DNA from: Phoronis australis
Taxonomy: Eukaryota; Animalia; Phoronida
Direction: 5' to 3'
NCBI GenBank assembly: GCA_002633005.1
Contig: NMRA01000180.1
Location: forward strand, 433,955 to 497,954
DNA: 64,000 bases
Shown here: piece by piece, positions 12,401-24,400 of the stretch
How positions within the stretch are numbered: position 1 is the first letter of the stretch
Layout: every line of letters begins with the position of its first letter
Translations under genes and position numbers: made by a program
The notes under the pieces: model-generated
Database searches by the model: none
Seen by the model: only the letters and a program-made list of their open reading frames with translations
Told to the model about the DNA's origin: nothing

Positions 12401-15400
12401 AAAATTTCAGGGAATTCCCTGTAGTTGGAATAACCTGTCTTGGTGTATGATTGCCTTCGGCACGTAATGTATACACCGCAGGGCCAAAGAAGCCACTCAA
12501 GCTTCTAACTAGCTTTAGTGTGGGTATAAGGGTGCTTACTGTTACTATGAATAGCACATACTAGTCACTATGAACATTCATGTAATTTTATACATCAAAC
12601 AAAATGACTGGTCAGCCAGCACAAAAACTGTCTTCAGCATTATATATCGAACTCTGCCCCTATCCCCAAATAATGAAATACAGAAAAAGTAGGTCTGAAA
12701 CATTTGCTGAAAATTTTATACTCTTAAATTGGCTTTTTGTATCAATTATTTTAAAATGCCTTTAACTACTCAGTAACTGCATACAAATTAATAACAATAA
12801 TACAGGTACTGCAACAATTTTGTCTCGACTCTTGTTATGACAAGTGGAGACTCAGCTCAGACGTTAATCGTAAAAGCAGTGCAAGTACAAAGCCTGACAA
12901 ACCAATATTCAAAAGACTCTCAGCAAAATGTCTTCTTAGTTGTCCAAGGCGGGAACACTTCCTTCCTACGATACTCAGCAATAACAAGAAAGAAAAACAC
13001 AACAGAGAAAGAAAAATACAACAGAGAAAGAAAAATACAACAGAGAAAGAAAAATACAACAGAGAAAGAAAAATACAACAGAGAAAGAAAAATACAACAG
13101 AGAAAGAAAAATACAACAGAGAAAGAAAAATACAACNAGAATTGTTGCAATAAAGCTGCTTTACCCTCCAATACAAGCCTGAACAGTAAATAATCACTGA
13201 CGGGGCAATAATCAATATAAATATTCTCCATTATAGGAGATAACTTAGGAAAATGTGATGGTCATGCTGCCATGTTCTATAGAAGACAATTGCGTGAGCG
13301 GTTTGGTCTACTGCACATCATAATTATAGGGATGACCGCTGTTAAGTACAACAAAAGTTGAATATTTTTATTTTGTTTCTAGAGTTCCATTAAAGTCATT
13401 GCTCAAAATGGGGGATAAATGGATTTATTACATGACCCCGGCACTTATTTCTCGTATACACCTGAAAACAACAGCCTTCCCACGGATCCCCCAAAAAGTA
13501 TAATTTTTCCTTGTTGACAATTGAAAAATCTTGTATAGCACTAATTGTATCGCGATGAATTGATTGGTATCGCTACAGACATCAACTTCAAGAGCAAATG
13601 AATTTGGTTCATTCAGCTGATAGGAAGGGCTAAATGAATGCAGTTTGTGGAACTAAGAATCAACAAACAATATACCAACAAGTATGACTGGAATCAAAAC
13701 TTGATCAACTAAACAGCAGACAACGCTTCAAACAAAACGACTCGGGACCATCAGTATCAACACTGAACTTGCACAGTTTTTGGTAACAGTCACTTACAGG
13801 GGTTCTGCACATTGAGAACCAGTTCTCTCTCTGGAATGACGAGCACCAAACTACTTCTCAAAATTTGGGAACCCTGTAAGGAACCTCGAACACGAAGCAA
13901 CTAGTACTGAGATGCTGCTGAAGACAAAAAATCCTGAATGCTTTAAGCATTGAACACAAAGCAACACTAGAGGGCGTCATTTATCAGTGCCGACCTTACG
14001 AACGCCACCTTCGTCGACTGCGTCCTCACCAATGAATACTACCTGAAAGGGAAAACAACACTATGATCTCTAATTCTGTAACTGGGCATGAGTTGGACGC
14101 AAGTAGAGACACTTTCTGATGAGCAGAGTGGGTAGGACATCATTTCCAGCAGATTTAGAGTATTTAGGAAAGTACCGAGTAGGAGCATGCTTGAAAGCAC
14201 CAAAGATTATAGTAAATAGTGTATCTCAAAAAAGCTGCATTGGCGGTGCCACAATCTAAGCCAGCAGCCACTTGAATTGAGGTCCCGCAAAATAGATCAT
14301 TGCAAAGCTAGGAAATTCAGTAACACTGTTTCGCAGGAACAAAACCTTACCTCAGAAGAAAATTGCTAACCTGATGATTTCAACTACTACACCCTAAAAG
14401 TGCACTGTTTCGCAATAAAGTTTCAAGCGGAGGGGGTCAGAGGTTAAAAAGTGCTCTACCTGCGACCAAATCACTGCCCACACTCAGACATACCTTTTTA
14501 ACACCACCGGCGTCAATGGCCTCCTCGCCAGCGAACATTACCTGAAAATATAGACAGAGCATGCAGGTCCCATCACCCGACAATAAGTAAAACTACTGCA
14601 ACACACCCCAATAACCAGCAGACAAAATTTCAGGGAATTCCCTGTAGTTGGAATAACCTGCCTTGGTGTATGATTGCCTTCGGCGCGTAATGTATACACC
14701 GCAGGGCCAAAGAAGCCACTCAAGCTTCTAACTAGCTTTACTGTGGGTATAAGGGTGCTTACTGTTACTATGAATAGCCCATACTAGTCACTATGAACAC
14801 TCATGTAATTTTATACATCAAACAAAAATGACTGGTCAGCCAGCACAAAAACTGTCTTCAGCATTATATATCAAACTCTGCCCCTATCCCCAAATAATGA
14901 AATACAGAAAAAGCAGGTCCGAAATATTTGCTGAAAATTTTATACTCCTAAAACGGCTTTTTGTATCAATTTTTTTTAATGCCTTTAACTACTCAGTAAC
15001 TGCATACAAATTAATAGCAATAATACAGGTACTGCAGCAATTTTGTCTCGACTCTTGTTATGACAAGTGGAGACTCAGCTCAGACGTTAATCGTAAAAGC
15101 AGTGCAAGTACAAAGCCTGACAATCCAATATTCAAAAGACCCTCAGCAAAATGTCTTCTTAGTTGTCCAAGGCGGGAACACTTCTTTCCTACAATACTCA
15201 GCAATAACAAGAAAGAAAAATACAACAGAGAAAGAAAAATACAACGGAGAAAAAAAATACAACGGAGAAAGAAAAATACAACGGAGAAAGAAAAATACAA
15301 CCGAGAAAGAAAAATACATCCGAGAAAGAAAAATACAACAGAGAAAGAAAAATACAACGGAGAAAGAAAAATACAACCGAGAAAGAAAAATACATCCGAG

Positions 15401-18400
15401 AAAGAAAAATACAACCAAGAAAGAAAAATACAACCAAGAAAGAAAAATACAACCGAGAAAGAACAACACGGGTTAAGACCACTCACCTTGAGCGGTTTCT
15501 TGAGATCAGCTTGGCCCTGTTTTGTGAGCTGTTCTATTGTATCATGGACAATCTGCGTGCGGCTGATGTAGAGGATAAGGCAGGGACAGACAGGGTCGAT
15601 CAGGGACACAGGGAACAAGAAGTTGGTGAGGTTACGGCGCGACACCTCATCCACAGCTGCCTGTGAAAAGAAGGTACACAACAGGGCTGAAGCTGAGAGT
15701 TGCCAGAACATCCCCATAACCCAGGTTCCCAAGTACAAAAGGAAATGGTCTGTAGAATATGAGCTCCATAGTTATCAAGGGTATATTTCATGAAAAGTGA
15801 CTTCAAACTGAAGTCAGAAATTTGGTCTTGCACTCCACACAACTACTCTTGAAAAATAATTAAATCTCAATTGAGCAAAAATGCAGCAAAGTCTGCAACA
15901 ATATACACACTGCTAGTTACTGACAGAGATAATTATAAATTATTTCTAGACTATGACATGCTCATAATTACCATGATAAACCTTTAATCCAGACTGTAAA
16001 GTGGGAACATAACATCAAATTTTTGTCTTAAGACTTAAGTCATTTTTTATGAAACACATCGATGAGTTGATAACCACAAAAAGAAATCATGCCTAAATTT
16101 TTCATCCACTACTAAAACTAGACCTAGATAAACAGTTATTCCCAGGCTAAAACAAAATCTTCAAACTAAGTGTGAGCCTGTGTTTAGACCGGATGTACTT
16201 TACCTGCATCTGCATGGCTGCATCTGTGTGCAAAAGAATCGTTTTGGCTTGAGCATCGAAGATGAACGGGTAGTTACAAAAGGAATGTCTACCATTCTGC
16301 AAGAACCAGGATAACATAAATAACGAATCAAAACGAGATAGCATCAATATCTTTTTGAAATGCAGACACAATTAGTAAATATCTACAAAAAGATAGTATG
16401 GTGAAATCATTTACCAACATGTTTAGTACTCAAAATAAACTGGACAATGTAAAAATATGATGTTGTTTTGCAGCGCATAATTGCTACTAAATATATCCAT
16501 TTGTTTAGAGCTCATTCCAATTCTGGCTAAACTCAGGTCTTGCTCCACTCACTTTATCGAAATTCCCACAAATCTCCTTGCAAGGTCCTTCACAAATAAA
16601 CAATTCCTGGCCAAGTGCAATAACGCCCTATTAAACTTTGCCTTACATTTGACACAAAAATACAATTTCATTGGTACAAAAGTTTGGCTGAACTGCCAAA
16701 TAACCCTGACAACAAGTTTGTTCAAGCGTCGTGGAATCTGGCAGAATTCTGTCAAGGGCTGTCTACTTCATTTTGAAAACTATTGTAAGCTCCTCAGCAT
16801 AAGCGGGAAGATCATCAGGAAGCTGGTGAGACACTTTATGAATGTTTACTGGGAAAATGGTACTCAGATGGCAGATGATACAAAAGATCTGGCATCTCAC
16901 GAGACATCATGTGATCACGGGATGAAACAAATGGTCACAACTATTATACAGAAGAACTGGCATCTCAAGGGATGCCATGTGAACACGGGATTAAACGAAT
17001 GCAGTCATACCTATGATACAGAAGAACACGGGATGAAAACGAGACGCCATATGAACACCGGATAAAACAAATGGTCATTACTACCTGTCCGCTAGTTGGC
17101 TGTTGCTGTCTCCAACTAACATAGTCCATTCGAATGTCCACCTTCTCTGATAAGGCGCTGATGTAAAATGAGTCATATGGCACAATCTGAGAGCTTTTCT
17201 CATTTATATTATTTAGTTTTTTCAGCACTTCCAAGCAAATCTGGATATATCGCTGCCCGGCTAGTACGTCGTAGTCTGAGCCTTGTGCTGTACTGTTGAA
17301 TACATTAAGAATACAGTTCTTGTAAATCTGAAAATGGAAATAATCAACAACAGATGGTGAACATATTGCTGTAATACTCCACTTCTACGACACAGTCACT
17401 TGATTTCACACATACAAAATTATTTGGCAATATAGTTTACTGCTAATCCCCTATGTTGCAAGAGGTTATTTCACTGTTATTGAGAGCCTGAGAGGTTATT
17501 TCACTGTTATTAAGAGCCTGAGAGGTTATTTCACTTTTAATGAGAGCCTGAGAGGTTATTTCACTGTTATTGAGAGTCTGAGAGGTTATTTCACTGTTAT
17601 TGAGAGCCTGAGAGGTTATTTCACTGTTATTGAGAGCCTGAGAGGTTATTTCACTGTTATTGAGAGCCTGAGAGGTTATTTCACTGTTATTGAGAGCCTG
17701 AAGTAGTTCGTTCACGACCAGTTTTCAGAAAGAAAACAAATTGCATTCCAAAAACTTAACACAACATGAAAAATGAACATCAACAATTGATAAATGTGTT
17801 AAATCATAATTCATTAATAGTCATAACATTGATAATGTTAAGTGAAATAAATAATTATGTCTTAAAAGTCCACTACACCAATAAGTTAGCATGGTTTACC
17901 GTCCACTGGACTTGAGAGAAGGCAAACTGTCCTCTATTTCAGTGTCATTGCTATGTATAAATTCCGTAAACTGCCAGTTCAAACCACATCTGCGAAATGT
18001 TTTTGTTTTATAACTTGACCTAAAGCCCTCCCTCCTCAGGGATACGTGGTCCCAACTCAAGTACAATCAATACTTATACAACAAACTGTTAACTTTCTAC
18101 TCAACAATGTTCATTTTATTCCAGCTTATTCCAACTGTACCTGAATCAGCATTTTGAAGTCCCTGGCTTGCAGTTTCGCCCACCATTTATCTAAAGAGAG
18201 AAATAGAAACTGAATATTACTCCATTCGACAGGATGAGAAGTTGAGCCTATATCCCAAATTAAGGACAAACAGTCACCTAAACATAAAACTGATGAGTAA
18301 ATTTTCAAAATATTACGTTAATGAAACTTGACTTAAATGTAACAAAATCGTAGACATAGACGTGTATTGATTATACACTAAGTAAACGGAAAGTAATAAA

Positions 18401-21400
18401 ACTGAACAAAATCTAATAACTAATTGCCACTTTAAGATATGGTTATGTGTAGAGGATATCCACTTGTGCTTGTAAGGGAAACTTAGCCATATGCACTAGT
18501 AATCAATACAATGAGTCAAAATTTTCTTTGACAAACATTTCGGATATAGGCGTATAAGCCTAAATATACACACATACAGTAACAGCAAAACGTAAAGCAT
18601 TTTAGACTGTATAACAATTACAAAGTAGACTATTCCAGCTGTGAAAACTAAACGACTGCCATACAACGATCAAAGATCAACAGTCAATGTATGATGAAAA
18701 TGACCCAGGCTATCCGCATGTTTCTATCCAATGTAATGATTTATTTATAATTTTTGTTAAACTTGAGACCTGGATGGAAAACAACCAAGAAGGCAATCAC
18801 AAACAAAGAGAAAACGGGTGTGAATATGAATACAGCGGTGATTGGTAGACATTCTAATCCCATTACTTCTTAAATTTTAACTTTTACGTTTACATACCAA
18901 GCACACTGGATGCGCCAGTGTCCAGCTTCAGTATGGCGCCGCCGAATCTGCAAATGACATCCTTGTATGAGGATGCATCAGCAAAGAAATGCATGAAAGG
19001 TAGTGCGAGATAGACGCGCAGTGCTTCGACATCCGGCGGTGAAGTGGGAAGACTGGACAACAGGTGGCTCTCCAGGCAACTACAGATCTGGAAAGGTGGT
19101 AGGCCGTAAGTCAATCAAAGGGCAAGTCTACTTTATTTATCAAATGGCACAAACAAGTAACTAATATCAACAGATCTATTTCCAATCACATGCTTTCAGT
19201 GTAATGATTGACAACATATTAGTTCCATGTATGACTTTAGTATTCAAAATGATTTTGTAAGTTTTTAATAAGTTCACAAATCATGTTCTATTGAGTAAGA
19301 TACAAACTACAACCAGTTTTATATCAGTCTTATCAAAATTTTGGTGCTTCTGACAAAAAATGCTGAACTGGCAAATTTAAAATACTCTGGAAAGTTTAGT
19401 TTTACTAAGACCTAGTTGATAGACATCCTCAGCACAGCCAATGGGATGCGAAAGAGAAGTTGATGGGGTCAGACACGTGCAACCAAAATGTGTGCACCCA
19501 TCAAACAGTTCTTCATCAACTTCGCTAATATTGGAAGATGGAATACAGTTAAGGCTGTCATGAAAAACTTGAAAACAAAGGCAACAACAAATACTTTCAT
19601 TAACTCTAGAGGTGCGAAAACGAGGCCAGAGAACTGCTTGATGGATCTTACAGCATTGTGGGCAAATACCGTGAAACTTGCCGATTTTGTAATGACAATT
19701 TCCTGGAATATGCCACTACGCCGGCTGCTTTATGTGGGTTAAACGGGAAATGATTTGTTTTTTTGACATTTCATGACAATAACCGTGATGTTCCATTATC
19801 AAGTATGGCATTAAATGGAATCTACTGTACGGTACTATTTTTGAACACAATATTTACTATCAGATTGTTCAAGGACATGGTTTTGTGTTTTAACACTATT
19901 ACGTAGTGACAATTAGCACATTACAAGCTTTACATAGTGAAGCAGTTTCATTCACAATCAAGCGCAATACGCGACTACCTCATTTTCCCATTTGTTAACA
20001 ACTAACATACAGGACATTTACATAAAATACAGTTTCACTTACAAGTGCAGCTACAAGGCGGTTAGGACATTCACTTAACTTCTTGAAACCAGTCTTGACT
20101 GCGTTAAGGTCTACGCCGTGATTACGACTACTGCAGTTGAAATGTCCGTCGTTGCTGAAAGCAATACGTTTATTCATCACTCAAGAAATTTCAGATTGAA
20201 CGACTTAAGGTTCACGCGAGTATAAAAACGTAGAATAAATGAAAAAGGTGTACAAATGGTGGTAGCCCAGAAGGAAAATATGGTACATAGCAAAAGCAGA
20301 GACGAAATTCCATTTCCCTGCCATAATTCTGTTAAAAACAATAATTGATTTAACTAATAAGGTGTCAAAACTCACGTAACAGAATGACTTAGCCCCTTTA
20401 CAAACTTTCCTGACAATTCGCCTTCATTCTCCTTCATGAGGGAAGGCTACTCCCGATGATGAATTTGGCTGCACCCCAGCCATCACAACTGGGAATTCTG
20501 CGTCACTTTGTCCAATACTTTTGACATGTACTGTAGCTACATTTCATTTCCAACATATAAGAGTGCCAATCTGACATATCAATAACGTAGACAATCTATA
20601 TACATAGGACACTCATCTTACTATCGTGTTAATATTATTCATCAAAACTATATCAACACTCATCATTTTAACATCAATCAATTTCACATAGTGCACACTG
20701 AATGGATAATTCACAGTTAAGTCATGCCCACCACAGTTCACATTGTGAAGTTCAATAATTGCACAGCCAACATGTCGGAAGTCCTTTGCAAGCAAACTAC
20801 AGTAACAGTTTACCTGTATGCAATTTCATGTTTTCTGAAAGTGTTGCCATATAGTGCAGCATTATCAGAATGGTTGCTATGGAAGCAAACACACTCTTGC
20901 ACCCAGCAATATATAGACGACACCAAGCTTTTTACACCAACCCAATGACACGGCAACCTTATTCATAATCATGCAGGTGTCTGATCAGTTTCAAACACAC
21001 AGTAGTTGGTTCAATTGCACGAGATGAGGTGCTCTAGTAAGCTAATTCCTAGCACAAAATTAGAGGAAATAGAAGCCACTGGCCGTCTGGTGGCAAGTGT
21101 CTTGATTGACATTTCCACAAGTCACACTGCCATCCACATTCATAGTTAAACGTTTATTTGACTCACACTAAAGAAAATACATATAATTACGAAATATTAT
21201 GAATGCGAAGACTAGATCATGATTTTATGAGCGATGGGCACTTTTCCTTTTTCATGATCTGCATATCGTTGGACCTACTCCGACTCATAACACCATCTTA
21301 ATGCCTTCATTTACAACCAATAATTGCAAGACAAAGAAGACGGACTATAGTGATTTCTACATTTTCCCTTGACCTGATTGACTGGAATCATTAGCTTGAT

Positions 21401-24400
21401 TGACATGTCAGAACTGCCCAATGCAATTTCAGTTTAAAGTTTGACAAGCATGGTGGGGTGGGCTGTACCGTTCTTCACTTGCCTGTATTAAATCAAAAGT
21501 GTGCAAGCAGCCTACTGCTACCTTTTGAAAGCTAGTCTAAGGTCAACCATACAATGCATTTTCTACAACCACAAAAGAAGAAAGTTTCAATTCAGTTTGA
21601 AACTTTTAGTAAGCAGAACACTGTTATTCAATTTTTTAAATAACATTACCTGCTTGGTACAAGACATACCACAAATCTTGACAATGTGATCCTTAACATA
21701 GACCCTTTGAGATCCTACTCACCTTAGCAAGAAAGACCCATTGAGACATGCTGCAGAGGAGAATATTGCTTCAATATTTCTGAAAAACATGGAACATTTA
21801 AAAAGAAAACTAGTTAATGTAGCAGAGAGCATCTCACCACTGCAATAGCACCATAAAACGTCACTTTAAATGAAGAAAAACAAGAGATGTAGTGATGTAC
21901 TTCTAACCACACGGCATCAAATATTAACAAGTATTTTTTCTATATTGCCAGGGCTGCAGTCATAAATCATTGCTGAAAGAATTATGCTTTTTGTCACTGG
22001 TTTTCACATGACTATCACGAGATAAAAATATGATTCAAAAAATAGAAAGGTACCTTATTAAAGATCTTTCATTTTGTATTTTGAACCAGTAGTTGTACAG
22101 TGAATACCACATGAGGTGCTAGTAATTGTACAGTCATGAACACCATATGAGGTGCCAGTAGTTGTACGGTCCTGAATACCGTATCAGGTGTCAGTAGTTA
22201 TACAGTCCTGAATACCATATGAGATACAGGTAGATGTACAGTCCTGAATACCACATGAGGTGCCGGTAATTGTACAGTCCTGAATACCATATGAGGTACC
22301 AGGAATAGTACAGTCCTGAATACCACGAGGTGCCAGTAATTGTACAGTCCTGAATACCATATGAGGTGCCAGTAATTGTACAGTCCTGAATACCATATGA
22401 GGTAACAGGAATAGTACAGTCCTGAATACCACGAGGTGCCAGTAATTGTACAGTCCTGAACACCATATGAGGTGCCAGTAGTTGTACGGTCCTGAATACC
22501 GTATCAGGTGTCAGTAGTTGTACAGTCCTGAATACCACATGAGGTGCCAGTAGTTGTACAGTCCTGAATACCATATGAGGTGCCAGTAGTTGTACAGTCC
22601 TGAATACCATATGAGGTGCCAGTAGTTGTACAGTCCTGAACACCATATGAGGAACCATTTCCACATGATACATACTCTTTCATGGAGTTTGACAATCGCT
22701 CGGCAGGGCTGACTCTAGCGTAAGTGTCTATCATTGTTTCGTCAATAGTGAGTATTCGCTTGTCTTTGGCAAACACACGGAAATCATCTACGTCCGATTC
22801 CTGCAATATTTTTTAACTACTCAGCAGAAGTAAAATCCACAAGTTAGGAGAGACAATAAAACGATCCTTCTACGTGTCTGTATATAACTGTGTTGTTAAC
22901 TGCGTTGTTAGTTATTAACATGCATGACTAGTAAATCCTTCATAGAATCCATAGAATTAACTCCTTACCAGTTTTAAACAAAATACTCTTCACATTTGGT
23001 AGTAAAAAGAACAGTCAGGAATATCCCGTTTGTCTGCTCATACAAACAAACAAACAAAAAATAACTGCATTCTTCATTCCAATCCAAAAGCAAAACCCAA
23101 GCCTCACTACACAACTCTTTTGTCGCAAAAACAACAAAAAATTAAGACAAAAAGTCACACGTGATAAAAGAAATACTAAACAATATGTTCACCGCCAACC
23201 TACCCTACATTTTAACATTTCTTATAATCTTATCACTGTAACTTATCATTATCATGTCACAGTTTTATTTCATGGTAACAAACGCAAGAAGTTTCATTCA
23301 ATACTTAAAGCGGTAAACATGGCACCTCATGGGGAGTGGACGTAAAAGGAGCAAAAAAGGTAAAGAAAGGCTTACTTCATCTCCAGACATCACGGTGAAA
23401 CAGGTGTCTCCCCCAGCATAGATGCACCTGGCAACAAGGGGGTTGATGCCGTCTACCTCCATCACGCTTACGGCTGAGGTCAAGGTCATCCACCAGCCAT
23501 CCACTGGCTGTGGCAAGTCACTGCTGGGCACAGATTTCTGACCAAGCTGACCACTTCCACCCAGACCAAACGAGTACAGTCGCCCACTACTACGTACAAA
23601 GGCCAAGGTGTGCTGGCTGTAAGGAAGCAAAGCTGATGGTTATGACAATCTCAGGTAGTTAAAGCTTGTGCTTGTTAGAATGTTCAGTTTTAGAGACCTT
23701 ACCAAAGACACCTTGAGGCAATTAAAGGGACATTTCTTGCATTCTCACAACCTAAAATCTAAGTTATGAAAACCTTTCCATAAAGTACAAAATACACTTC
23801 ATCGCCAAACCGATCACTCTATGGGACAAGTGAAAAAGGTAAAAATCAATTTTGACCGCATTCTTCAAGCCTGACAGCACATGGGGCCATTCAGCTGACG
23901 TTGAAAACAAATTGGAATAATGGTAAGAACTATTTGTGAAACTAGTTCGCTAGACATTTTTAGTCATGGTTTCCATGATTTATTTGTCTGACACACCCTA
24001 AGAAGACATGGCTTTGTAATGCAATGTAAACAATCACTGGTTTGAAAGTACCGAAATGGTAACAGTGCCAGGAATAAATAATGATTTTAAAGAACTGGGC
24101 TAGCAAATAAATTGATAAATCTACTCATCACTTTCTTGAATACATGCCACTTAGCAATAAATCATGGGATAAATGTAAACGTACTTTCCACAGGCTATCT
24201 GTGACACTGTACTGCCCATCAGTTCAAACACTTTCCTGGGTAGGAGTTCATTATTCTTTGACCCGTGTCCAAGTTGACCGCACGTGCCTGCACCGAATGT
24301 AAAAACACCACCATCCTGCAATGCAATGCCAATCTTGAACTTTCACGGAAAACTCCAGACTGTGGGCTACCTATCAACTCAATGGCACACTTTCCTGACT

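Larger units (their letters stand above)
10930..15470. repeat. Tandem ~2.2 kb duplication (10930-13136 and 13138-~15470) joined at a single N inside a minisatellite
   Basis: Few SNPs and small indels; N at 13137. Confidence 0.9.

Noticed and set aside
13963-13978. CTCF-like motif ACACTAGAGGGCGTC beside the 17b donor
   Set aside because: Imperfect match, and a similar motif occurs in the transposon end near 26788; insufficient evidence.
14351-14370. Possible 20-nt micro-exon (CATCAG|...GAG|GTAAGG) between 17a and 17b
   Set aside because: Weak polypyrimidine tract, frame-shifting and no homology; unsupported without reads.
12835-15738. Long K/E/R-rich and F/L-rich ORFs
   Set aside because: Translations of the 19-bp minisatellite; only 15487-15660 and the 48-nt exons are coding.
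16481-17065. 194-aa plus-strand ORF
   Set aside because: Antisense within a HERC intron, non-ATG start, no recognisable motif.
17443-17715. ORF with [10 protein letters not shown] repeats
   Set aside because: Intronic 30-bp minisatellite; no splice support.
22085-22673. 36-bp repeat array resembling CRISPR or a repeat protein
   Set aside because: Contiguous tandem units without unique spacers, inside a eukaryotic intron; no cas genes.
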